A DNA stretch of 64,000 bases from a virus (Duplodnaviria > Caudoviricetes): positions 19,008-83,007 of the IMG/VR virus record IMGVR_UViG_3300013383_000027; one strand, given 5' to 3'. Of the stretch, positions 1 to 12,800 are shown in pieces. A program made the position numbers and the translations under genes. The notes beneath the pieces are model-generated. The model did not search any database. It was not told the DNA's origin and saw nothing but the letters and a program-made list of their open reading frames with translations. Numbering within the stretch: position 1 is the stretch's first letter; the number at the start of each line of letters is the position of its first letter.

Positions 1-3000
1 AGACCTCGTTTGTCATGATTATCGTCGTGTTCTGGTCGTCAATCGAACTCACCTTGTTGATTGTGACGGTCTCGCCTCCATCAATCGGCTTCGCGTACGT
101 TATCCTCGTGAAGTCGTCCCAGTTGTACTTCTCGAATATCGGGTACAGCGTGAGGCTTATGTCGTCGTCCGAAGTCGGCTCGATGTGACCCATGTCTGGA
201 TACATGACCGTGGACGACTCAGGATCCGTCGTCCACCCCTTGAACAGGTATCCGTCCTTCGTGAACATGTTCCTGCGGATCTCGAAGTACGGAACGTCGT
301 ACCCGAGAGAAACCACCTGATCCGGCATCTCCCCCCCAAGGTCCTGATTGTTGACGAAGCGTATGGTCGCTGTCGGGTAAGCCTGCGCTATGAACCGTAT
401 CGACTGCTCGTCTGTCCCGTAGACGGCGAACTCCAGTACGATATTGTTCGAGTCCTTCTCGATCAGCCTCCCGACGTTGTTCCCGTCCTGCTCTATCGGA
501 ATAGTCATCGTCAAGGACGGCTGTATTACCGAATGGTACATGCCGTCGAACCCAGAGCACGGGTGGTCGGTGTCGGCGTAGACCTTTAACGGAAGCGATG
601 TCCCGTTGATCTGTATCGCCGTTATGCTCTTCAGGTTGAAGTGGCTCTGGTCGATGTAGATCCTGAGCCTCGTGTATTTCTCGTTCAGCTTGTTGTCCGT
701 GACGGTGCCGTCTATGTTCTTCCTCTCGACCGTCGTGTCCTCGTAGCGGCAGTTCCCGAAACCCGCAACGTGGTTCATGTAGTACGTCATCGTCGTTGGG
801 ACGTGGATGAAGAACTCCATCTTGCCGTTGTTCCATCTCTTGACGATGTAGTCGAGCTTGAACGTGTCGAGCGTACCGATGTCCGTGTCGTTCATCCTGT
901 TGGCAAACCCACCGGAATAGACCTCTTTCGCAGCCTTTTTCTGAGTGAAGAAGTTTCTCACGCCGCCGCGTATGTACTGGTACTCGTCGTTGAACTCTAT
1001 CGACTGCGGGACGTTTGCGTATTTCGGTGGAAGCGTCACGTTCGTCATCGACGTGTCGGCGTGCTTGGCGATTTTCTGTATGAAGTCCTCGTCACGGTGG
1101 TTTTCAGCTATGTGGTGGGCTTCTGCATGGTCGTAGAAGTCCTGAATCCACCTGTTGAACTCCTTGAACGACTGCGTGTTTATGTCGTCCCTGAGCTCGT
1201 ATATGCTCTTCGTGTAGTACAGACCCCTCGACGTCGGAATGATGAAGTCCCTGTCCCCGACATTCAGTATCTGGTTGATCCTGAGGCTTTCCGGGAGCGT
1301 CTCAATAATGGGGTTGAATCCAATCAGGTCATTCGTCTCGAATATCCTCGTCCCCTGGTTAACATAGTACGACTTTCCGTCAGTGACCGTGTTGTTTCCG
1401 CTGCCGATTGCCGTGACTGGAAGGTTGATTCGGACACCGTACGACGTGTTGTAGTACGACCTTATCACGACATTGTCCCTGAAGAACTTGAATCCACCGT
1501 AATAGCCTATCAGGAAGTTCGCGTCGTCAATCTTCAGGAAATGATACCCACCGTCAGCCTCGGAAGCGAGGTTGTTAAGGTTCTCGAGCTCGTTCCGGCA
1601 TCCTCCGAAATGCCTGACACGACCAATTTCGCCAGTCTTTACAACGAACTGACCGACGACGTATACGACTGAATCGTTGTCATACTTGACAATGTTAGAG
1701 ATGTCGTCACCCGTCGTCTCGTTGCCGAACCTGAAGCCAATCCACTCGCCGTTCTGCTGGCTGTTGAATATGCAGCCGTCGTCAGAGACGGCAAGCAGGG
1801 TCTAGATTCCGAAATTGTTTTCTGGATTGACGATATACGTGCTTCGGAAGACGCTGAAGTTTCCTCTGTAGAACACGCTTCCATCCGAGACGTTGACGAC
1901 TCCTGATTCGGTCAGCGCAAGCACCGAATCGTTCCCTCCGTCATCCTTGAAATGCTCAAGACCGAGAACCTTCGTTCCCGTGATGTGCGTATTCACGTAT
2001 TTCGGAATGTTTGTGAACTCAGGCTTGTACGTCCTGTCTGAAGCAACGAACAGCGTACCGCCTCCGGACGTGGTTCTCCTTATTGTCAAATGGCTGTCCG
2101 TCGCAGATGTGAACGGAAGCTTGCCGCCTTCCTCTGTCATTAGTATCGAAATGCCGTTCGAGTATACGCAGTTACTTCCGTCGTCGAGAAACACGCCAGA
2201 ACCACTTCGTGTAATCCGCGTCATCTTCGAGTCAACCGGCATGTCGCATTCGTACAACCTGCGTGTGACCATCACGTCGCGGTTGTCTCCGTCTCCCTCC
2301 TGTACCTGAGTAATGTAGTTCTTTCCGTCTGCGTAATTCAACACGACGACCCGTGAACCGACCGTGGCGATGCTGTGGCAATCGTCAATGATGTCAGAAT
2401 GTGTAAGGTCCAGTTGTATCGACGGATTAAGCTAGTAGATTCCGCCCGTCGTCGGAACGAACACGACATGTCCCCCGTCAACCATAACGTCAGACACCTT
2501 TCCTGTCTGGACGATTCCACCCAGCGACCTTCGTGACAGTATCTTGTAATCCGAGCCTATGTTGATGTTCACGTATTCTGTGTCCGTGAATGCAATCAGC
2601 GTTCCGGAGTTGGCATATATCCTCCGTATTCCGTTGACCCCGCTTGGTGTTATGTCAGTCCACCTGTACGTTCCCTTGAAATTGGAAATCGCTGGACACG
2701 TGTACACCGCTCCGTCAGCGACACAGTACGCGGCTGAATCCGTAACGGCGATTGAAGTGACGTTCTTCGTTCCAAGCGCACTATCCTTCTTCGGGTCGCT
2801 TGAGAACATGACGAACTGGCACTTCATCGGTCTCTCATCAATTCCGGTGGCGTCAAGTACTAAGTTGACAACCTTGTTCTCGTTTCCGTTTACAAGCTTT
2901 ACCTGTGACTGCGCGAGGAATACTCCGTTTGTCCTGTCATATCTCGTCTTGTCAAGATCTTGATATATCGTCTCAATGTTCGCTCCGTCGATCTTGTAGA

Positions 3001-6000
3001 CCCCAAACGCACCTCTGTTGTTGCCCTTGAAGAATATCCCCCCTTCGGTGAAGATTTCCTCTGCGTTGAGATCCTCGCGCCATTTACCCTGAAGGGAACC
3101 CGAAAACGAATACTTGCAGAATCCCTTTTCCGTCGCCACATAGACATAGTTCCCGTCGACGGCGAAGTCGTTGACTCCTACACCAAGCTCAGGTGATAGT
3201 CTGTTAAAGGACGTCAGAACAACTCCCGTCGTCGGAAGCCCAGGATACTCCATCAGTGCGTCGCCGGAAAGCACAAGAAGCTTGCTCCCGGCTATTCCGA
3301 CTCTCCTTAGCTCTGTTTTGCTGGACAATATAAGCGCTTCACTTGTCTGGTAGTTTATCCTATTCAGGCTGTATGTCGTTCCGCTCTTCCTGATTACATA
3401 CGAACCGGTAAGAGTGTCAAGCGCATAGAGATCTCTTATGGCCAGATCAACGGTGTCCTTCAGGTTGTTCTGACTGGTCTGCCACCACGGATAGTCGATC
3501 AGGTCGTTCGTTGTCCTGATTCCTCCACTTGTCAATACAAGCGCACTTTTTGCTCCTGTACGAATGACCCGGCGGATCGTCTCAGAACTGCTGATGCTTC
3601 CCATTTTGTGTGTCTTGAACGAATACCTGTCTTCTGCCTCTGGATCGTCAACTATTCCAGTTGCGACGTGATATTCTCCACCCTTGGAGTAGATCATCAT
3701 GATGTTGCTGTCACACGATACATCAGTTGGATATGTCGACGCAAAGATCCCGGTTCCACCCACAGTAGCATCGTCATCGTTTGAAAACGAGTCCTCGAAA
3801 TACACCGCTGTCGTGGCCGTATAAAGACCGTCAGACGCTCCTATCAGCTTCACCAGACCATTTGATGCCGACAGATCTGCCATGTCGTTCACCTGTCTTC
3901 CGCCCAGGTAGGGACCATCGACATACTCAAGCGTTGCGTCAATCTCGTAATATCCGCTGTCCGTTCCGATGTAGTTCTGGGGAATCTCTCCTGGAATGGA
4001 TGTGCATGCGCATTTCAGAGAGCGGCTCGTCAATCCACCAAACGTATTGACGACACCTCCGGTCTTTGGATCTATCTGGGTCCAGTTTCCGCTTCCAGCT
4101 GCGTTCCTGATGCAGCAAACCCCGCTTCCGAAGTAGTGTACCTGAGACACGTTCCCGAAGCCAGATCCGAGCAGGGATTCGTATTCTGGATTTGAGACAA
4201 TCTGATAGTCTCCGACGTTTCCAAGCGACCGCAGGACACCACCTGAGATGACGAGCAGAGAGTTTGCCATGGCATACGCAGCCGTAACTTCATCGTCAAA
4301 CTCAAACCTTGACATCATCCGGCGTCCTGTCATCAGGTATACGTATTTCCCGCCGTATGCGTATGCATGGTTTCCAAAACTTGCCACTACATCACACCCT
4401 CCGACACCCTGAATGTACGTTGCCAGACCGCCGTCAAGCACCGCTACTCCACTGTTTGTTGCAACATACATCGGGGTTGTCGAAACCACGTCTTCTGTTT
4501 CTGACTCCTGTGCAGTCATTATCGTCGCGACATCGTTTATCCTCGTCGAGACATCTGGAAACTGGAATAACTGCTCGAGCTTTCCACCTACAACCTGATA
4601 CAGTATCGGATTGTCATCGAACGAGACCAATGTCCTCCCGACGTCATTCTTCATCATCCGGAGCGTGTTGCTGTTCAGCCTCGAGTCAACGGTCGAATCG
4701 TTCGGAATGAGCATCATCGACTCTCTGATGAGGTATTCGTCAACCCCATCGTTGCGACCAACGTGAAGACCCCCGGAATAGTCCGTGTCAAAGTCCTCCT
4801 CGCGGTCAAAGCATGTCGGATTCGTCCCGTTACTCAGGCGATACCACTTTCCGATGCTGTTTACATTGGCGTAGTACACGGAATTCCCTTCGACTGCGGC
4901 GAAGATGAATGCTCCGCGAGCCGATATGTCAGCTATCTTTCCATTGTCAAGGTCCGAAATGCCACTTTGAATCTTCTCAAATGTCATTTCCAGGCGATTC
5001 CTGACATACAGTCCAGCATCCGTTCCGCAGAGAATCGGGAAATATTCGGAATCAGCCCCGACTATCTCATCCATGAACGCCATGACCCTGCTGACGTTCA
5101 TTCCGCTTGAACTCGGAACGATTTCTGGTCCCACATTTCCGTTTGTGCACTCGTACAGTCCGCCACTCGTTCCGATGTACAATGCACTGTTGTCCTCGGT
5201 CACGTCGTGTATCGCCACGCCTATCTTCGTGAAATCGGCAACCACATCCTGGTTCAGCGGGTTGTACTCGCCGTACGACTGCTGAATCCTGTCATAGCCT
5301 CCGACGACAATCCTGTTCTCCTCGGGTTGCGAGCCGATGTGCATGATGTCGCTTGCCGACGTCACGTCGCGTTCCCTTCTGAGGTTCTCCCCGTCAAACG
5401 AAGAAAGACCGGTGTTCTCACCCCTATCGTTGAGAAGGAACATCTCTCCATCTATCACATCGATTTTCGTCACCTGGATGCCGTCGACAAGCAGGTTCCA
5501 CGAAAGCGTGTCGCCGTTATCTCGCAGACCATAAAGACCACCATCCGTACCGATGTAATATTCACACCCATTCAACCAGTTGTCGGACTCTATCCTGTTT
5601 CCGTAATCGTCGTTGATGTAATAACAGAAAACGTTCGTTCCGCCGAGACTTCCGAAAATCCGATTTCCATTCCCGTCTGTCCTGTCGAATCTGGACAAGT
5701 CGAAGTTCTGTCCGGACGCATACAGCCCATCGCTCGTTCCGACTATGTACCTCGACTTGTACTCAAACACGAAATTAACCTGGAGATTTTCCAAGCCTGC
5801 CGAAGACGACAGGGTAGACGGATCGGAAAGGGGGATGTCGTACTTCTGGAGTATTGAAAGCTGCGATTCGCCGAGACCTCCAAACACCTTGTATCCATTC
5901 TCCCTTGTCGCAAGGTTCTCGTCTCCGCCGGAAAGATTTGGACCGTCGGCGTATCCTCTCCGTACAACCGCCAACCTCTCGTTGAATAGGTCGTTGTCGG

Positions 6001-6139
6001 TCATCTTCTAAAAAGCGTTATTTATCGAGGTGTAGATTATTTGGTTAGCCTTGAGGGATATGCCGGAACCGTCCCTGTTTGGAAGGGTTGTCTTCCTGTC
6101 TATTCCAAGCCTTACATTCTTTACCTTCAAGTTGTTCAT
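1..6139 (-). CDS. Giant beta-propeller-repeat virion protein (tail fibre/receptor-binding-like), >2046 aa, runs off the window start; 3 in-frame TAG (6008, 2432, 1802)
   Basis: ORFs 2432..6004 and 1802..2344 share a frame and are separated only by TAG. The frame stays open to position 1 and extends up to an ATG at 6139 overlapping the TGA of the upstream gene (ATGA). Repeated xIGTxxGLY motifs (YIVGTSDGLY, YIGTDGGLY, YIGTSGGLY, LCGTDAGLY, LIGASDGLY). Confidence 0.8.
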
Positions 6140-7218
6140 TTGTCACACCTTCCGACTATCTGGCACCTGAATACAAGATTCGGATCAATCGCTATCTGCC
6201 TGACGTCCCTCTCCGAGAACTCAGGCTTTATGTACAGGGCGGTTATCGTTCCCTTCATCTTGTTCACATACACGATGTCATTTACCGACTTCTCGGGCTT
6301 GTCAGTGAAAACCATGTACGACACGTCCCTGAACGGAACAGGAAGGACTATCTTTCCGGCATATGCGTTCTGCTGCTTGTTGATGTTCCTGTATGTCACG
6401 CCGTTCGCGACGAAATCCTCCGTTCCGTCCTGCTGAAATATCTCATAGTCCGAATCCTCCATGAAATACAGCCTGTTCTCCTGATACTCGTCAGAGGAAA
6501 GCGGAACCTCAACGCCATAGGAGTTCTCGATTGACAAGGTGTTAGCCACTATCGTCTCCGAATCGACATATCCGACCCTGTACCTTATGTCATACTCGAG
6601 AAGCCCGTTGTCCCACTTCCTGTAGAACCCGCCGACTATCACGCCATCAGGCTTCAGGTTCACTGTCTCGTACGGGAATATGATCCTGCTCCTGCCCCTG
6701 TTCCTATTCGTTAGGTCGGACTTCATCACCTTCCGCTCGTACTCCTGGACTGACGAGAGCGTCCCGAAATGGTGATATGTGTCGGACTGGTCGTGACCGT
6801 ACGTGATGTCGTGCGACAGCCGTTCCTAGACATACCTTCCGAGATACGTGTTGTAGAGAGAGCTGAACTTGCACTGGTCGCTCCATCCCGAGCCCGTGAA
6901 CGATTCCGTCCCGTCTGTCAGGGTCTCCCTTTTCGGGGGCGTCGTGTTCCCGTCCGTCATGGACTTGAGTATGTACAGGTCGATATCACCCGTCGTGTCG
7001 TTGTATTCCCTGAACCACACGGTCTCGTCCTTGGAATACGTCTGACCCTCGACGAAGGCACGTATCCTCGCGACGTTCGAGTAGTTCTGCTGATATTCCT
7101 CAATCCTTGTGTCGTTGTCGAGCAGCCTCTTGAAGTTCCTGTTGAGCGAAGCCCTCGTCATCGGCTCGTTGCCGGTGACGTCGTTTCCGACGACGTTCCC
7201 TATGATTGTCCTGCTCAT
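6136..7218 (-). CDS. Putative tail/baseplate-associated structural protein, 360 aa (1 TAG at 6826)
   Basis: ORFs 6826..7218 and 6136..6729 are in frame through TAG; ATGA overlaps at both ends; ends TGA. Confidence 0.75.
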
Positions 7219-8435
7219 CTTCTGACAAACCCTTTCGTGGAGAACGAGAAATACTCGGGAATCTTCCTTGCGTTTGAGTCGACTGAAATCGAGAATCCTC
7301 CCGTCCTGACGTTTATCAGGCTGTACGTCAGGAAGTTCTGCTCCGACGACAGTATGGTGTCCGGATACGGACCGTCGGAAACGTCGATTATCTCAAACGA
7401 ACTAACGTCGCCGGTCGTCGTGACAACTATCGTGGAGAGACCTGTGTCCGGATCGGTCTCCTTTATCCTCGTCGTCTTGTAGTGCCTGTCCACCGAGAGC
7501 TCGAACCCGAACGGGGATACGCATATCGTGTAGTCGGCGTTGAGATACCTGTAGTCCGATGGGAACGACACGACGGCGACACCGTTCGAGCCGACCGCTA
7601 CCGTCCCGTCGTTTTCAACAAGACCCGAGTTCCATTTCCTTGACCTGAACTTCGCTATGTGCATTCTGTTCAGTTCCGGAAGGTTCAGGGTATCGACATC
7701 GAGGTTCGGATACGTTATGTCGGTCGATATCATGCAATCGTACCCGGAAACCGAATAGTCTGGCTCGTAGCTTCCGTACCTCTGGAGGGTCACGTTTCCG
7801 AAGTCCTTCAGCAGCCTGTCATCAGTGTTCAGGGACGACAGGTTCATGTGATATGCGCTCAGGTGGTTGTCTATGAGGGTTGACATCGTGTTGCAGAGCT
7901 GCGCATCGACGACATCCGACACCTCGTCCATTCTTGCGAACACGCTCTTCCAGTACCTGTCGTCGGTGACTGGATGCTTGTTGTCGTCAACTCTCGAAAT
8001 CCTGATCTGGGTAGCCCTCTCCTGGTCCCCGAGGTAAAACAGGGCTGAAAGGGGATGAGCCATTCCATCGGTATAGTAACCGCTCAGGATGTTCCTATAC
8101 AAAGAGATTTGGGATGGATCCTCCGAAAGCGGCTTTATAGAATTCCCGATGTACGGGTTGTTCACACCGTAGTTATAGATCGTGTCAGCCTTGGCGGTTA
8201 TGAACGACTGCTCGTTCTCCGTGTTGAGCCAGCATGCATCACCCTTCGAATACCCCCTTATGGTCTGATCGTTGTACCACCTGCATTCCCATATCGTCGG
8301 GGCGAGTCCAACGTCTCCACCAATATAGAAATCGTTCCTCAAGAGCTTCGCGAATATCCCGTTCAATACCTGCTCGTTCTTCTTCTGAGAAGGGTGAATT
8401 GTAACGTCTGTCGCGGACGGAAACGGAATATCCAT
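7215..8435 (-). CDS. Putative tail-associated structural protein, 406 aa (no TAG)
   Basis: Single ORF in a coupled operon; motif YSKGDACWL resembles YSKDETVWF in the downstream gene. Confidence 0.7.
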   Translation of the reverse strand: MDIPFPSATDVTIHPSQKKNEQVLNGIFAKLLRNDFYIGGDVGLAPTIWECRWYNDQTIRGYSKGDACWLNTENEQSFITAKADTIYNYGVNNPYIGNSIKPLSEDPSQISLYRNILSGYYTDGMAHPLSALFYLGDQERATQIRISRVDDNKHPVTDDRYWKSVFARMDEVSDVVDAQLCNTMSTLIDNHLSAYHMNLSSLNTDDRLLKDFGNVTLQRYGSYEPDYSVSGYDCMISTDITYPNLDVDTLNLPELNRMHIAKFRSRKWNSGLVENDGTVAVGSNGVAVVSFPSDYRYLNADYTICVSPFGFELSVDRHYKTTRIKETDPDTGLSTIVVTTTGDVSSFEIIDVSDGPYPDTILSSEQNFLTYSLINVRTGGFSISVDSNARKIPEYFSFSTKGFVRR

Positions 8436-9613
8436 CAGTTCACCTCCACATCGAACAGGTGTGTGTTAACTGGACATATGCTTTCTGTCAGTTCGCGTAT
8501 CTTGTTCCTAATGTCCTGCTTCAACATCTCGCGCATCCTAACGTTCTTCTCGCTGTACATGTCTCCTCCGGAGAAGTTTGTCGAGTCAAGTCCCATCTGG
8601 TTTATCCGCACCGAATAGAAGTTTGACCTGTGAACATTCTGTGTGTTGAACCTGTTGATAGACTGTATAACCTCCACCTTCTGGTATGTCCTCTTTCCAA
8701 TCGTCTTAACCATGTGCACGGATGTCGGCTCTCCGTCCGACGAGATTCCTGGAGTGTAGCCTATATTATCATAGTACTTCAGGTATGTCAGACCTCCGCA
8801 AGTTCCTATTCCACAGTATTCCCTGCATCCAGAAAACCTCATTCCGTCTCTAATGTCAATCGAATACGTCGAATCATATGTGTTTTTCCCAAGAAACACG
8901 TCGCCCTGTATGTCGCCGGAATCATAATCGTTGTACGTGTCGGAGTTCAGTGGAACCTCATACAAACAGTTGTATACAATGCCGTCGGCGTTTCTCACCG
9001 GGACGAACAATTCCTGAGCCAATTCGGACGAAATCGAAGGATTCAGTTCAAGATACTGCCCATATGACGACAGTTGCATTCCTGTCTCTTCAGAAAGATC
9101 GGTAAGCGTCCTATACAAGTACGTCCCGATGCTCCTTCCGCTGTCGACCATCTCCCTATACGAATAGTCGTTTACCTCTTCGTTCGACTTGAGATCCTCC
9201 CTGCGCTCCTCGAGATTCGTCCCCTTGACATTCGGCTGCTCGGTGTCACTGTCCGCAAGACCGTATGCATAATCTCCGTTCTGTGAGAACCCAAGCGGGT
9301 TTTTCTTCATCTGTGGAGCGTATATGTCAATGAAATTGTCCGATTTCCCGCGTTCACCATCAATTGTCGCCTTGTAAACCTTGCTCTTCAGTGCAACGTC
9401 GCGTATGTCGAAGAGAGGGTATATAACATCTCCACCAGAAAGGGTCTCATATGCATACTTGTTATAGTGGTCAAACCAGCCTTTCCTGTCGGTTCCGACG
9501 ACAAGCGTCACGTTGGGCTCAAGTTTCCCGTCCCTTGAGATGTCAACGTTTATCAGCGACTGGGTTTTACCTGAAACAACGTAATTCAACTACTCGATAC
9601 CAATACGCGCCAT
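8435..9613 (-). CDS. Putative structural protein, 392 aa (TAG at codon 8, 9590)
   Basis: Reading through TAG gives an ATG at 9613 preceded by AAGGGGG (SD) and GTAAATA; TGATG overlap downstream. Confidence 0.7.
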
Positions 9614-9619
9614 CCCCCT

Positions 9620-9626
9620 TATTTAC
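9620..9626 (-). promoter_or_regulatory. Late-promoter motif GTAAATA (no mini-element)
   Basis: Directly upstream of the SD and ATG 9613; resembles the T4 late promoter TATAAATA. Confidence 0.65.
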
Positions 9627-9680
9627 GGTTTTGAGTAGGTGGCAATACATGGTCGAGGATGTTCAAAACGTCTTCTGGAA

Positions 9681-9851
9681 TTATCCGTCAAGACCGATTT
9701 TCAGAAAGTCAAGTATAACCTTAAGCGATACCTTCCTTCCGCTGTACGTCCCATTTGTATTCTTCTTCACGACATAGAGGAAATCGTCAAGCGTAAGGTC
9801 GCTCGCCTGCTAAATCTCTGTCATTGCAGATACCATCTGTCCTGTAGCCAT
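9681..9851 (-). CDS. Small 56 aa protein MATGQMVSAMTEI(Q)QASDLTLDDFLYVVKK..., resembles tail-fibre N-terminal modules
   Basis: Not in the ORF track; ATG lies just after the previous TAA, TAG at codon 14, ends TAA. Confidence 0.6.
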
Positions 9852-9852
9852 T

Positions 9853-12800
9853 TTACTTCACTTTCCTTTTCTTTGTATTTCCAGCCCTCTTTAAAACGGT
9901 TTTACGTTTCTTGACGTTCTCCGGTTTTGTTGTGGAAAGTCTCGTACGTGTTTTTCTCGATCCAGTCTCAACCCCTATTGCGGTGAACGTATCCGTATTC
10001 TCGGACACAAGATACGTAAACCTTGTCCCGTTTACAGCATTTTCTTCCTTGTCAGAGTCTTCAGTAAGAATTGCATAGTCGATTTCTGGAACCTCGAACG
10101 GAATCGTGAGATTCCTTCTCTTCAACTCGTCGGAGACATTTGCCCTCGACAACGACTTTCCTGGTCTTCCGATGTTATTGTCGATGTCGTTCTCCGTAAT
10201 GAGGTGACCAATCATCGATCTGTTTCCTACAAAGAAGAACTCGATCTTTCCGGGATGAATGATTGTCTAGATGCTGTTCCCGAACTCATCTATTGTCCAC
10301 CCTTTCACAAGATCTATGTAGACCTAAGCTCGTTCTGTGCCAGAATCGACCTTATACCCAGGGTGCATAATAAATGTAATGTATGCATCTTCAGTGTTCT
10401 CATTGGATTTAAACTCGACATACCCATCACCAAAATTTGTTATCTCACATCCGACCGTCTTCGGCTTTCCATCGTTTCCGTATGACAGCTCTATCAGTCC
10501 ATTCTGATGGTCGTACATGAAGTATGCCCCGAACTCCCTGGGGTCAGCTCCGCATATGTCCTCTATGTGTACCTTAAACTCGATATCCCTCGAGGTGTGG
10601 AACGTCGCATCAAGCGCGTTATCAATACTGAGCTCCTGACTTTCCGCGATTATATGCGATCTGACACCGCTTCCGGTGAAGTCTATGTAATCAAGCCTTC
10701 CAGGTCCTTCTAGAGTCTTCCTTAGAACGAACTTCGGCTTGTCGTCCGATACGTTCGTTATCTCATATGAGGCGAATACCGCCGTCCTCTGCCCGATCAA
10801 CTGCTTGTTGTGGTTGAAAACCTTGAACTGTAGGATTATGTCGAGCTTTCCGGTCTATCCGGATTCGACCTTCAGGTATGTAGAGTCAATGTACATGGCG
10901 CACGTGTCGCCAGTCGTCTTACTCCTAAACACATACGGCGTGTTGAAGAGGTTGTTGCAGTTGAAGTAAAGAGTCCTGTCTGCGTCATAAGAGACGAACA
11001 TGTTGAAGAACTCGTCAAGCTATCCGACTGAAAGCTCATATTCTGCATATCCAACACCAACCGCAATGTCGTTGCTCTCAGTTGCCCCACCGAAAAGACC
11101 GTACTTTACGCTGAGTTCTTCCTAAACCTCCGAAAATGTGCTTCCGTACAGGCTCGACAGCCAGATGCCGGTTCCGTCGTCGGAACTCATCGCATCAGAC
11201 GAAACCGTCGCCGTATCCGAGAACTTCATGTACTGGGCGAACTCCCTGTCGTCCTCTTCAATTGAATACATGACACTAAGGTAATCCTCGTATACCCTTG
11301 TCTCCTCATCAAGAGCTATATCAAGCGGTATCTTTACCTTAGTAAGCGTCTTCACCATCTCAGGGGAGGTCACCTGTACGATATAGGTATTAGATATGCT
11401 GAACACACCGGACGACGAGTACTGTATATTAAGCTTGTCGCTGAGTTCTGTGTCCTTGTCAGTCGGTCCTATCTCGTAATACTCGAACGGGAAATCGTAG
11501 TCCCTCGTCGGGAAGTTCTCGTCAGCCTTGAACGAGAGAACTTTCTACTTGAACTTTCCGGTCAGTACACTGAGTCCGTCGAACTTCGTGTAGTCGGATG
11601 ATCCGGGTCTTGCCCCGTCGTACACACGACCGCTGAGAATCGGTATCTCTGACAGGTCATCATATCTGAAAAACGGATACATCGCAAGTTCTGGTCCGTC
11701 CTTCATTATCCTCTCGGTAACCCTGCAGTTCCTGAACGTATCAAGGAAATGGTACTGCTCGAAGTTCTCAAGCATTCCGGCATGGAAGATGTACAGCTTG
11801 AGCTGACCCTTCTTGATTATTGTGTTTCCACGAAGCTCATCTGGAACATGGTCTCCGGTGTCGACATAGAACCTGAACGTCAGCGTCTTGCTGGGGAGAT
11901 TCACATCGACATCAACTCCGGAAATGTTGAATATGTGGTTCGACTCGTCGTTATATGACCTCGTTTCGTCCGTGAAGCAGTTCTATATTCCACCGACTTC
12001 AATGATCTGTCCGCCATATGCGCGATTCTCATAGTAGTCCTTGTCGAACTTCGTCGGTTCAATATTGTACCACAGGGATTCCTTCAGGTTAGACAACGTT
12101 CCGTTGAAGATTGGATTCCTGTTCGACGTCTGTCTGTTCAGGAGGACGCACTGGTATTCGCCGAGTATGTCCTACTTGAGATCCGAAAGGCTTACTACCC
12201 ACTCGTAATAGGGTTTGTTTCCTCCGTGAAGCTTCAACAGACCGAACGACGGGCTGGACTCAATCTTTGCAGACCTCGTCCCATTCTCCGTGTAGTCCTC
12301 ATATACACGAAACGCACCATCCCCGAGCAATTCTTCCGTGGATACGTCCGTTAAGTACTCAATTTCACCCTGGATGTAGGACTTCAGATTCTGTTCCTTT
12401 TTTGCCACGAGTTCCTTCAGTTCCCTGTTGTCGTATCCGAGAAGCTCGAACGAAAAGAAGTCCGCACTTGAGTATTCTGGGACGATGTGCGTCTTAATCC
12501 TTCCGTCCTCTCCGCTATAGAGAGGAATGTAGGATATATCTCCGTTGAGGTTGTGATGTCTGACGTCAACCGTCCTGCTCACAATGTCATAGCCCACAAC
12601 ATCGAACTGCACTGTTGTCACATGCTTGTTGAAATAGTCTATTGATGTCTCTGCGTCCTCCGCATCAACCGAACTCTCGTATAACCGCATCTTTCCTTCC
12701 GCAAGGCTGTCATCGGAATTCCTCCCTACGAAGTTGCATATCTCTCCATGATCCTTGTTGTTCGGTTCCGTCAGGAATGCGAAGACGAAGTGATTCCCCG

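Noticed and set aside
185-1672. Long plus-strand ORFs (185..589, 641..1672; also 6769..7482, 21378..22136, 25960..26607, 49173..49970)
   Set aside because: Antisense shadows of real minus-strand genes; no promoters, SD sites or recognisable motifs.
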